From the IMG/VR virus record IMGVR_UViG_3300047317_001031, positions 1 to 64,000 of that record: 64,000 nt of DNA; one strand, given 5' to 3'. A program made the position numbers and the translations under genes. Below the pieces are notes generated by a model. It was given only the letters and a program-made list of their open reading frames with translations. It was not told where the DNA came from and searched no databases. Positions 27,759 through 37,478 of this stretch are shown in pieces. Source of the DNA: a virus (Duplodnaviria > Heunggongvirae > Uroviricota > Caudoviricetes). Numbering within the stretch: position 1 is the stretch's first letter; each line of letters begins with the position of its first letter.

Positions 27759-28211
27759 ATGGTCCGCTTCACGGTCCCAGGAAAGGCGGTCGGAAAGAAC
27801 GCCGCATATCTTCGACTGCGCGAAGACGTCGTGACGAACGGCGGTCGGCACATGGGGCTTATCCTCACGACTGCGGGCCGAAATTACAAGGCGTTAGTTC
27901 ATACGTATGGCCTACTCGCCCGAAATCAATCGGATTGGCCCCGTAATTCTTGGATTCCGAAGAGCGTACGCATTACCGTGGCGATGTACGGAACGCGCCA
28001 TGATGCAGGAGCGGCCACGCAGCTAATAAAAGACGCGCTTGAGGGTGTCTACTATCAAAACGATCGTATTGTTTCTCACGGGCCGGAGGAGCCCTCAGTC
28101 CGCGACGGGTCATCCCCGCGAGTGGATGTGCTAATGGAACTCTTGGAATGCCGTTCTCCGGAGGAAGTTCAGGAAAGAATGTTCGCATTCCGGAAGAGAA
28201 GGAAGATATGA
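27759..28211 (+). CDS. RusA-like Holliday junction resolvase
   Basis: MVRFTVPGKAVGKN... start and later LIKDALEGVYYQNDRIV resemble RusA. Confidence 0.5.
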   Translation: MVRFTVPGKAVGKNAAYLRLREDVVTNGGRHMGLILTTAGRNYKALVHTYGLLARNQSDWPRNSWIPKSVRITVAMYGTRHDAGAATQLIKDALEGVYYQNDRIVSHGPEEPSVRDGSSPRVDVLMELLECRSPEEVQERMFAFRKRRKI

Positions 28212-29755
28212 CGAGAATTTACGATTCCCCTGAAAAAGCTATTCGCGTCGCGAAAGAAATCATCAGAGAAGACGACGTTCTTCTCATCGGAGTCCCGGAA
28301 GATTCGATGCATTTCACGTCTTCCCGTCGTCGTTCACGAAATAATCGTTCTGATCTCCTCAAGGCTATTGAGATATTACAAGATGAGAAAGAATCGGCGC
28401 TAAAGCGTCTTGCGGCGATCAGTTCATGAAAGAGATTCAACTAGCTTCCTCCGTAAGAGAAGGAGATAAATGCAACATAACACGTTAGGGCCGCGTACAT
28501 TGCGGCTTTCTTTGTATCGTCATGTCGTATACATTCATTGGTTTCATCCATGCGAGGCTATAGAGAAAGGAGAGAGATGCAAAGGTAGGCAGACGGTTCG
28601 TATTATGGATCTACTAGAAGTCTATCGCGGCGTTTGCTCGCTACACTCAGACGATAAAAACGTATGCCTTCCAGTAGTTCTCCCGATGGAGAAAGTAACA
28701 TCTCTTCCGATTTTCGTGGAAGAAGAGTGCCGTCCGAGAAATCTAGCTCCTCTCGTATACCCGACTAGACCGAAAGGCCCAAAAGCCAAAGAACGTATTT
28801 TTTCTTACGCTGCCATGTACTGAGGCTCGCTTGTTCTCGTCGTCGTAATCTTTCCCGAAACGAAGACGTGAAAATGGATCGTGATCCTCTTGAAACCATG
28901 AACGATTGCATGGTAATGAAAAGTCATGCCCCTTTTGCGCTTGCCGCCGGCAAACGAAAAGATTCTCGTAAAGCAGTTTACGGGAAGAAAGCACGCATGC
29001 CCTAAGATCGGTCCCCGATGAAGTGGGATCTTCGCATGGTAGGCGGACCTCATGACGGATGGGCGCTCCCCTACGTCGGCGAGAATCCTCCGCTCGGCGA
29101 GTATTTTGGAGATATCCCGTATCGGCGCGAATGCACGATTACTTCCCCGTTTTTTAGCAGGGATATTCTTCCGCAAGGCTTCCCGCATGTCGCGTACCGC
29201 TTAGAGATGTTCTTTAAGGATCAATATAAGAATATCGCGATATACGGATATACCGGACCCTCGTGCCGCTTGGAGCACGTTTAATACATATGTTATTTTT
29301 CTATGCATATCCAACCCCATGCGTGATGGATCATACGGGAGAATGGTTATCTAGCCCTGGATTCCATTGCCTTCTTCCGGAAGAGCGTCTCCACATACAA
29401 CACCTTGAGCATGGGCGCGAAACCGCTTGGTGTGATGCTTCTCCATTACGTCCGTCCTTATTCGGGATCACGGTTTGGATTTTTCTCGCGCTACTCGTAG
29501 TTTTTGCTTTAGGCATGATTCGCCGGTGAGCATACTAGGTATTCCCCCCAATAGGCTAGGAGTTTGAAGAATATGGATAAGTTTTCCGTTGCGGTGAATG
29601 AGTCATCGCAATACGTGGTATCAGCCAAGAACTTCATAGGGGCATTGAAGTCGGCCCTCCCCGTTATTGAGGCGAGCGAGCCTGATGAAGTCGGCATGGA
29701 CATCGTGAATATCCGCGTTTCGAGAATAATGATCTCGAAGAAGAAGCCTTCGTAA

Positions 29756-30199
29756 ATGAAACAATTTTACGATGAAGATAAAGACGTGATGCATTGGGGC
29801 AAAATCGGCGTCGGAATTTTCCTCGTATTCATATTTTTTGCGGTCATTGGAATTCCGTTATGGTATATCCATGCGGCGGGATCTGTCGTTACGGCGCCCG
29901 CACGAGTGCTCACTCGCACGATGGATACGGATCATATTATTGATTCATACGAAGATTTCCGTGATACGTATCAGGCCTATAATGCCCGCGTTGCTCAAAT
30001 CAAGGAATTCGGGAAGCAAATTCCTGCGGATGCGGACGATAAGAAACAGCTACGAACGGAACTCTCCGGACAGAGGCAATCATGCAGGGAACTCGTTGCG
30101 CGCTACAATTCGAATAGTTCGAAAGCGAATCATAATATCTTCAAGCTCGGCGGCGGATCGCTTCCGAACGAACTTGACATGGAGGAATGCAACACATGA
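29756..30199 (+). CDS. membrane-anchored hypothetical protein
   Basis: N-terminal TM helix GVGIFLVFIFFAVIGIPLWYI; first gene of a tightly overlapping five-gene plus-strand cluster. Confidence 0.35.
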   Translation: MKQFYDEDKDVMHWGKIGVGIFLVFIFFAVIGIPLWYIHAAGSVVTAPARVLTRTMDTDHIIDSYEDFRDTYQAYNARVAQIKEFGKQIPADADDKKQLRTELSGQRQSCRELVARYNSNSSKANHNIFKLGGGSLPNELDMEECNT

Positions 30200-30771
30200 T
30201 CGGGATGAAGTCCGTCGTTCTGGCGGTCGCGTTGCTTGCGCAGGCATCAACGAATTCAGGCTGTTATTCGGCCACAGTCGCAACCCCGGAGAACACCGCA
30301 TCACGGAATCTCTTGGGGAGTTCCCAGCTTAAAAACGCCACGCAATCGGCCCGTTTTTACAATAAAATCCATATAACTGAAAACGGCGAAATGGAAAATA
30401 TACAGCGTTACGTCGAGGAAACGACGCAACCTGGAATGATGGGATTTATCACGCTCTTCACGCTTGGGCGCCCTATCGCATATTATGCGGTAAAAGGACC
30501 TGTAACGGATTGTGCTCGTGAGCTTACGCCGATGCAACACCCTGCGGCGTCGTATGTTGATCCCGGAGGATCTAATGGTTCATACCACTACGAATACATG
30601 GCTGATTCTCCGAACGATGAAGGAACATACGGGGGGTTAAGTCATGCTTGTATTTTCTTCTACGACGAGAACGGCGTTTTGGTTCGTTGGTCAGGAGAAT
30701 ACCTCTATTCGGACAAGCCGATCCGCCTTTCTGAAAAACCGCTTGTTATAAACGTTGTGGTAAGAAAATAA
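30187..30771 (+). CDS. putative secreted lipoprotein
   Basis: Signal peptide MKSVVLAVALLAQASTNSGC with lipobox Cys. Confidence 0.4.
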   Translation: MQHMIGMKSVVLAVALLAQASTNSGCYSATVATPENTASRNLLGSSQLKNATQSARFYNKIHITENGEMENIQRYVEETTQPGMMGFITLFTLGRPIAYYAVKGPVTDCARELTPMQHPAASYVDPGGSNGSYHYEYMADSPNDEGTYGGLSHACIFFYDENGVLVRWSGEYLYSDKPIRLSEKPLVINVVVRK

Positions 30772-30977
30772 TGCGGGATGAAATCGTTGTCGGGAAAATC
30801 GCTCGTGTGATCGAGGCGATAGATCCCAAGTTTGACGGAGTAGTTTCGATCCCCGTTCGGGGAGGAACCGAAAATTTCAACGCGCATGCGACTCAAGCTT
30901 TCAAGCGCGGAGATATGGTTCAAGTTACCGAGTATTTCCCGCCGCGAGACGTGTACGTAGCGGCGTTAAAGGGCTGA
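30771..30977 (+). CDS. NfeD-like OB-fold protein (short form)
   Basis: 68-aa VVGKIARVIEAID...GVVSIPVRGGTE...FKRGDMVQVTE beta-rich OB pattern, immediately upstream of an SPFH gene (classic NfeD-SPFH pairing). Confidence 0.45.
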   Translation: MRDEIVVGKIARVIEAIDPKFDGVVSIPVRGGTENFNAHATQAFKRGDMVQVTEYFPPRDVYVAALKG

Positions 30978-30978
30978 T

Positions 30979-32274
30979 ATGCTTTGGACTGTCGCAGAGC
31001 CGAACGAGGCTCTTATCATATCCGGATTGCGCGGAGGGAAATCCGATTCGCTCGGGTTTAAGATCGTTACAGGAGGCGGAACGTTCGTCTTCCCGATTGC
31101 CCAGAAGGTTCGTAAGCTCTCGCTAGGATTACGCGAGGCGTCTCTTTCGACCGATTGCGTAACGCAACAGGGGATTCCGGTCGGCATACGAGGGGTCGCA
31201 ATATTTAAGATAAGCGACGATTCGGTGTCGATCGCGAATGCCGCACGTCGTTTTCTTGATGAAGACGACGAAATGATAACGCGGAACATACAAAACCTGT
31301 TCGACGGGCATCTTCGTTCGATTATCGGCGGCATGACGATTGAAGGTCTTATACGAGAGCGAGACTCTCTTACGAGCGAAACAAGGAAAACCGCCGGCGA
31401 GGACATGATAAAGCTCGGTTTTATCATTGATTCCTTGCAGATAAAAGAGATCATTGATCCGAGCGGATACATAAAGAACCTCGCCGCTCCGCACGTCGCG
31501 GATGTAACGAAGAATGCCCGTATCGCTGCGGCCAATGCGGATCTTGAGGCGACGCAGCGCGAACAAGAGGCCGCGGCGAATAAGGCCGCATCCATACGAG
31601 ACAGCGAAATCAAACGCGCGGGATTTCAGGCGGAAGTCGATAAGGCCAAAGCGGAGGCGGCTCAGGCCGGGCCTCTCGCTCAAGCGACCGCGATGCAGAA
31701 CGTAACGCGGGCCGAGACGACGACGGCGGAACTCAACGCGGCGCTCGCCGAACAAAATCTTCAGGCGACAGTAAGAAAGCCGGCAGACGCCGCCGCTTAT
31801 GCCGTGAAGGTAGAGGCGCAAGCCGCTCGTGACGCCGCTATTAACCATGCGGAAGCGGAAGCAAAGCGCGTCGAACTTGAGGCAACGGCAAAGGCAAATG
31901 CCGTCCGTATAACCGGGGAAGCGCAAGCCTCGGCAACGACGGTAAACGGCGAGGCGGACGGATCGGCAAAGCGTGCCGTCTTACTAGCGGAAGCGGACGG
32001 CATTAAAGCGCGTGCCGAGGCTCTAGCGCTCAATCAAGATGCGGTTATCGGGCAGCTCCTGGCGGAGAAGATGCCGGAAATCGTGCGTGCGGCGGCGAGC
32101 GCATATAGCAACGTCAAAGAACTTATGGTGCTAGACGGAGCGGATGGGATCGCAAGGGGAATAGGTACGTTCGCCGGTCTCGCGACGACGCTCTTGCCGG
32201 CTATCCGCGGCGCCGTGGGGGCGATGAAGAACGCTGTCTCTACTCCGCCCGATTCCGGCTTGGTCTCTCCGTGA
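30979..32274 (+). CDS. SPFH/band-7 flotillin-like protein
   Basis: N-terminal SPFH segment (EALIISGLRGG...FKIVTGGGTFVFPIAQ) and C-terminal Ala/Glu-rich coiled coil (EAEAKRVELEATAKANA), typical of flotillin. Confidence 0.75.
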   Translation: MLWTVAEPNEALIISGLRGGKSDSLGFKIVTGGGTFVFPIAQKVRKLSLGLREASLSTDCVTQQGIPVGIRGVAIFKISDDSVSIANAARRFLDEDDEMITRNIQNLFDGHLRSIIGGMTIEGLIRERDSLTSETRKTAGEDMIKLGFIIDSLQIKEIIDPSGYIKNLAAPHVADVTKNARIAAANADLEATQREQEAAANKAASIRDSEIKRAGFQAEVDKAKAEAAQAGPLAQATAMQNVTRAETTTAELNAALAEQNLQATVRKPADAAAYAVKVEAQAARDAAINHAEAEAKRVELEATAKANAVRITGEAQASATTVNGEADGSAKRAVLLAEADGIKARAEALALNQDAVIGQLLAEKMPEIVRAAASAYSNVKELMVLDGADGIARGIGTFAGLATTLLPAIRGAVGAMKNAVSTPPDSGLVSP

Positions 32275-33146
32275 AAAAGGAAATCTCCGGCATAGAAACG
32301 ATCACGCCGGGGGCCGCCGACCGTATGCTTGAAAAAAACGAGAATCGTCGTATAAGCGAAGCTCGCGTCTTGGAGTACGGTTCAGCGATGGAGCGCGGGG
32401 AATGGAAAGTTTCCAACGATGCGATCATGATCGCTGAAGACGGAACGCTCATTAACGGACAGCACCGTCTTCGGGCGGTCTCCGTCTCCGGCATTGAGAT
32501 CGAAGCGCTCGTCGTACGAAATGCGAAAAAAGAATCCCGTATCGTGATGGATATCGGGAGGAAAAGAACATATGCTGATCATCGGCAGATTTCAACGGGC
32601 GATCGTCCCTCGACCGAATTCGCTCCGGTTATGCGTGCATTGCTTACATGCAAGAGAATTTTCCGTGACGGCCTGCGTCTCACGGTCGCGGAAGTCGCCT
32701 CTCAAAATGAGCGAAAATCTCCCACGTTTCAAATGATGGACGAAGAGCTCGTCGCGTTTCCAGATCTCCAAGATGCTCTTACCTTTGGGCGTAAGCTCTC
32801 GACAAATTCCGCCAAAGTCCCGCGCATACTAAGTCTTACGACGACGGCATGCGTTACCGGCGTTCTCGTAACGCGACGCGCGGCATACGGAACAGATATT
32901 GATATCTCCGATTGGGAGAAAGGCTTGCATTCCGGAGTAGGGCTTTATGAGGGAGATCCTCGTCTTCGTCTACGGACGTTTCGAGCGGATCGTCGTAGTC
33001 ATTTCAACGTCGGGAACATCCGAGAATTAGCGGTATATATCAAGGCGTTTAACGCATGGGCGGAAGGGAAGAAAGTCGCATTGCTTGCCGTGAAGGATGA
33101 GGAGAAATTCCCGATGCCTCTTGGGAAAGATCCGTTCCGACCATGA
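32271..33146 (+). CDS. ParB-like nuclease domain protein
   Basis: DGTLINGQHRLRA motif of ParB/Srx-like nuclease domains; overlaps the flotillin stop. Confidence 0.55.
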   Translation: MKKEISGIETITPGAADRMLEKNENRRISEARVLEYGSAMERGEWKVSNDAIMIAEDGTLINGQHRLRAVSVSGIEIEALVVRNAKKESRIVMDIGRKRTYADHRQISTGDRPSTEFAPVMRALLTCKRIFRDGLRLTVAEVASQNERKSPTFQMMDEELVAFPDLQDALTFGRKLSTNSAKVPRILSLTTTACVTGVLVTRRAAYGTDIDISDWEKGLHSGVGLYEGDPRLRLRTFRADRRSHFNVGNIRELAVYIKAFNAWAEGKKVALLAVKDEEKFPMPLGKDPFRP

Positions 33147-33895
33147 AAAGAGAAGAGCGTTCTCGCCTGGCGGCTGATTGGGTTCCTACGGAAGAGGAAC
33201 TAGCGGCGATACAAGCGGGGGAGGAAACTTCTCTCTCTACCGAATTTGAGGAAGAAAAAGGAGAGGAAGAAGCTGATCCTCGCTATTTGCCGGGCGGTAA
33301 ATTTTACCGATATTTTCCGCATGGCGGATATTCGACCGATGAGGAAGAGGCCGATGCATTACAATCAATGCGAGAGTCTTTGCCTTGGGACCCCTATGCG
33401 GGATGGGTTCGCGATCTCATACAGCCTGCGGAAATAGGTGATATCCCGCGAGGAAAAGGATCGCGTAACGGCAAGAGACGTCGTAGCCCGGTGGTCAAAG
33501 TCAAGAAACAGAGTGATCGTAACGACGACGATCAAGCGAAAGAGCGCGTTCTCCTCTATCGCTTCCAGGCGCGCTTAAGCGCCGGGGAATATTGGTTTTA
33601 CGATGTCCGCGGCGATTATGATCTTGTCGTCGTACGTCGGTATCTCATGGAGATTCGCGAGAATGGATTTGATCGTGAGGATCGGCGTAAGCGGTTTCTC
33701 ACGGCTGGAATTCGACGCATGCGGTTTCGATCGGTATACGTTGAGGAAGAAGAACTCAAGGATCTTCGGCTATGTCCCGGCGGCGCGATGCGTGCGCTTG
33801 CTGAACGCGCGAGAACGGAGCAACCCTTGCGAGTAGCGGCGATCGACCGCCTCGCAAAAAAGAAACTTCCTATTGAGAGAATACGAAGAACCTGA
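33143..33895 (+). CDS. hypothetical acidic protein
   Basis: Glu/Asp-rich N-terminus; overlaps the previous gene. Confidence 0.3.
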   Translation: MKREERSRLAADWVPTEEELAAIQAGEETSLSTEFEEEKGEEEADPRYLPGGKFYRYFPHGGYSTDEEEADALQSMRESLPWDPYAGWVRDLIQPAEIGDIPRGKGSRNGKRRRSPVVKVKKQSDRNDDDQAKERVLLYRFQARLSAGEYWFYDVRGDYDLVVVRRYLMEIRENGFDREDRRKRFLTAGIRRMRFRSVYVEEEELKDLRLCPGGAMRALAERARTEQPLRVAAIDRLAKKKLPIERIRRT

Positions 33896-33986
33896 TATAA
33901 TTGCGGAGCGGAAAAGGCTCTCGTCATATCCTCTGGTGTGACGAAATTATGTCGTTTAAGGGGAAGGCAGCGAAGGCTGTCTTTTT

Positions 33987-34247
33987 TTGTTGGAGGTTTC
34001 ATATATGCGAGGAAGACGAACGAATCTTACTCGTGAAACCATGCAAATTATTATTACCGCGAAGCAATCAGGCCTATCAAATGAAGACGCTATTGCAAAA
34101 TCAGGAGTAAACAGCAGGGCGTTCTACCGTTGGCTACGAGACGGGAAGCAAGAAAAACTTCCCTATTCGGTATTCTACCATGCGTTTTGCGATGCTGAAG
34201 TTTCCGGACTCAATAAAAAACTTGCGGATTTGCGGCGTGTTTCATAA
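33987..34247 (+). CDS. small HTH protein
   Basis: ETMQIIITAKQSGLSNEDAIAKSGVNSRAFYRWL is HTH-like. Confidence 0.3.
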   Translation: MLEVSYMRGRRTNLTRETMQIIITAKQSGLSNEDAIAKSGVNSRAFYRWLRDGKQEKLPYSVFYHAFCDAEVSGLNKKLADLRRVS

Positions 34248-34814
34248 ATGGCGGACTTCAATTGCGGCGATGTAGGCGTTCCTTTTAAGGTTACGCCGCA
34301 AAATCCCATTCCCCCCGGATCGACGAATATACAACTTGTTTTTCTCGGAGTTACGACAGGAACACGAGTGGAAGTGACGGCGATAGTACAGAATAGCGGA
34401 GTGTACGTAACATACATAACGACCGGGACGGATTTCACTGTCCCCGATACGTATAGCGTACAACTTGTTTATCAGGGCACAGGATATAATTTAGGTTCTG
34501 TTTTTTGTAATAAGCAAGTCGTCGTTCAAGCGAGAGAGTAAGATTTTGGAAAACATACATGACGATGATGATTCGATAGCGGAAAGAATACGAACGCTAG
34601 GCCCTGTCTTTAGTGAAGATATGGCGCAACATTCGGAATACGAAGAATCTAGAACTATTCCTCACAGTTACGACTTTAAGGACACGATACGCAAGAGATT
34701 GGAAGAAGTGTCTATTCAACTCGGAGGAATATACGACGTTCAAAAAATCATAGCCCATTTTGAGGCCCAAGGGTTCTACCTCGTAGATAAAGCATCAGGA
34801 AGCGGTCGTCTCGC

Positions 34815-35870
34815 ATGGTAACGTATCCATCTATTCCCCGCGGTCTTAGGCCGATCGCTCTCCCCTATGATAATCGAGAACAGTGGTTAGAATTACGCAA
34901 GGACGGGATCGGCGCGAGCGATGCGGCTGCGGCATGCGGCGTATCAAAATATAAGACCCCGTACAAGTTATGGGCGGAGAAAGTCGGGATTATCGCTCCC
35001 GATGATTTGAGCAAAAACGAAGCGGTCGAAATAGGCACGCTATTAGAGCCGCAAGTCGCCGAATTATACATGCGGAGAACGGGAAGAAAAGTTCACTCCG
35101 TCAATCGCATTCTCGCGCATGCTGAATATCCGTATATTATGGCGAGCCTCGATCGTTCGGCATACGGAGAGAATCGCCCGGTAGAGCTCAAGACGGCCGG
35201 CATCGTTTCCCCCATAAACCTTTCCGATTGGGGAGAGCCGGGATCGTCAAAAGTCCCCGATGCGTATTATCTTCAATGCCAACAGCAGGCTTTTGTGCGA
35301 GACGCGGACGTTGTAGACCTGGCGGCCATGTTCGGCGGTCGTCCTTTCGCGGTGTACGAGATTCCGCGTAACGATGCGGAGATCGCCGGCATGGTATATC
35401 TTATTACCGAGATTTGGAATCGCATTCTTCTCGGTCGTGATATATGGCGCCGCATGAACGAGACGAAAGACCGGGACGAGTACGGGGAACTTGAAATGCA
35501 GTTGCGACGATGCGCGCCTGCATCAAGCACAATAGACGACGCCCGTCTGAAGTTCCCGCATGAGAAGTACGGATCTTCGATAATAGCAACAAGCGAAATC
35601 GTTGGGCTAGTAAAGAAAATAGCGGAGATAAAAAAAGACAAAAGCGAGTATGAGAAAGCCGCTCGCGATATTGATAAAGAAGTCAAAGCGCTAGAAGGAA
35701 CGCTCGGCGATTTCATGGGCGATAACGAGACGTTGCAAGACGAGCAGGGCAACCCGATCGCAACATATGAGACGAATTCGCGTTCCGGTTACTATGTCGA
35801 ACCAAGCGAAAAAAGATCCATAAAAATCGAAAAGCATAACCCTCTCATCAAGAAAGACAAAGTAGCTTGA
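34815..35870 (+). CDS. YqaJ-like (lambda-Exo family) recombination exonuclease
   Basis: LELRKDGIGASDAAAACGVSKYKTPYKLW is the YqaJ N-terminal signature; PD-(D/E)xK fold family. Confidence 0.75.
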   Translation: MVTYPSIPRGLRPIALPYDNREQWLELRKDGIGASDAAAACGVSKYKTPYKLWAEKVGIIAPDDLSKNEAVEIGTLLEPQVAELYMRRTGRKVHSVNRILAHAEYPYIMASLDRSAYGENRPVELKTAGIVSPINLSDWGEPGSSKVPDAYYLQCQQQAFVRDADVVDLAAMFGGRPFAVYEIPRNDAEIAGMVYLITEIWNRILLGRDIWRRMNETKDRDEYGELEMQLRRCAPASSTIDDARLKFPHEKYGSSIIATSEIVGLVKKIAEIKKDKSEYEKAARDIDKEVKALEGTLGDFMGDNETLQDEQGNPIATYETNSRSGYYVEPSEKRSIKIEKHNPLIKKDKVA

Positions 35871-36811
35871 ACGCAATTGAAAAGTCCGCATCGTTAAATC
35901 CGTTTGGGGAAGTCCCGGTAAAGATGCCGGCAAGCAGCGTAGCGGAAATGGATAGTTCGCGCGCCGTCTCCGAAGTGAATGCCGCCGTTATGATGGCGAA
36001 GAAGTTCCCGCGTAATCAGGTAGATGCGGTCGATAAGATCCTAAATGCCTTCACGCGTAAGACGCTCGCGGAGAAAGCAATGTACTCCTACGCCCGCGGG
36101 GGATCGGACATCACCGGCCCGAGCATCCGCGCCGCAGAAGCGATCGCCCAATATTGGGGAAACCTTGACATCGAGACCAAGATCCTCGAACAGCGCATGA
36201 CGGAGAGTACCGTCCAGGTTGTCGCATGGGACCTCGAAACCAATCTTCGCCAGGTGATTAACTTCGTCGTCAAGCATGAACGGCACTCGAAGAAGGGCAT
36301 TCAGCCCCTTCAGGACCCGCGTGACGTATACGAACTCATTGCGAATCAAGCCTCACGGCGCCGTCGTGCATGCATCCTAGCCGTTATCCCAAGCGATGTA
36401 ACGGAAGCAGCGATTCAACAAGCGGAAGCAACGCTACGAACGAACGTCAAGATCACCGATGAACTCATCCAATCGCTAAAAGAACGGTTTGCGGATATCG
36501 GCGTTCCCCTCGCAGCGTTAGAGGCGAAGATCCAGCGTCGTATTCAAGCGATAACGCCCGCCCTCGTGGTAAACCTCGGAAAGATATACAATTCCATTCA
36601 GGACGGGGTAGGCTCGGTTAGTGATTACTTCGACGTGAGCATAAAGGTCGTTGAAGATAAGCCCGAAGACGGCGGCGATGCGAAGAGTAAAATCGCGAAC
36701 ATGATTGAAAAGCGCGTTGCCAATATTCAACAGCGTAGCGCGAACGAAGATGCCGCGAAGCCGCAAGAAGATAAGGCGAAGACGTCTCCGCCGCCTCAGA
36801 CGCAGGCTTAG
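35867..36811 (+). CDS. putative single-strand annealing protein (Erf/RecT-like)
   Basis: Immediately follows and overlaps the YqaJ gene (canonical exo-SSAP pair); ...SYARGGSDITGPSIRAAEAIAQYWG... segment. Confidence 0.45.
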   Translation: MNAIEKSASLNPFGEVPVKMPASSVAEMDSSRAVSEVNAAVMMAKKFPRNQVDAVDKILNAFTRKTLAEKAMYSYARGGSDITGPSIRAAEAIAQYWGNLDIETKILEQRMTESTVQVVAWDLETNLRQVINFVVKHERHSKKGIQPLQDPRDVYELIANQASRRRRACILAVIPSDVTEAAIQQAEATLRTNVKITDELIQSLKERFADIGVPLAALEAKIQRRIQAITPALVVNLGKIYNSIQDGVGSVSDYFDVSIKVVEDKPEDGGDAKSKIANMIEKRVANIQQRSANEDAAKPQEDKAKTSPPPQTQA

Positions 36812-37041
36812 GACAAATGCCTACAGGTTCGGCAGACGCCTCCACCAAGAACGTAGCTATCGAAGCGACGGTAACAAAAGCGGACGGTTTCGTCATTGAC
36901 TACGGCGTCATTTCCTACAACGGCAAGAATCCGTTCAAGAAACTTCTCTTCAAAGCGACAAACCTTTTCCACCATGCGGATAACGGCATTCATCCGACTA
37001 TTGCCGCAATACAACGGCGCTTCCTAATCAAGAGGTAGATC

Positions 37042-37443
37042 ATGGCAACGACAACGGTCCTAACGACGGCGGGGAAAGCCGTGCTAACAAATACGCTCGT
37101 TAGTCTTGGAACACAGCCGAAATATGTCGCTATCGGGACAGGCGTGCATACGGCGGCAGTCGGAGATACGGCGCTAACGACGGAAGTCACCACGGGAAAT
37201 TGGGCCGGATATGCTCGGGCGACCGGAACGGCTTCGCAAGTTACAACGAGCGTTACGAATGATACGTTTCAAATCCAAGGATCGCTTACCTCGCCGGGAA
37301 CGACCGATCCTATCGCTATCACGGAAGCCGGAACATTTGATGCAAGCACGAGCGGGAATATGTGCGTTGAAAGTACGTTCTCAGCAATAAATCTTAGCAT
37401 CAATGACCAACTCACGTTGAAGATGCAAGTGCAATTCACATAA
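37042..37443 (+). CDS. hypothetical Thr/Ala/Gly-rich protein
   Basis: Low-complexity beta-rich composition; precedes the large repeat protein. Confidence 0.3.
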   Translation: MATTTVLTTAGKAVLTNTLVSLGTQPKYVAIGTGVHTAAVGDTALTTEVTTGNWAGYARATGTASQVTTSVTNDTFQIQGSLTSPGTTDPIAITEAGTFDASTSGNMCVESTFSAINLSINDQLTLKMQVQFT

Positions 37444-37478
37444 TAGCATTAAAAAACGTGTAAGGTTAGGTCGTTGAT

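Noticed and set aside
27420-28211. Possible TAG-readthrough fusion of ORF 27420..27752 with the RusA-like ORF (same frame, TAG then 2 codons then ATG)
   Set aside because: The RusA-like protein starts at a typical RusA N-terminus (MVRFTVPGK) right after the TAG, so two separate genes is the simpler reading. Kept in mind only because a CUA suppressor tRNA is present.
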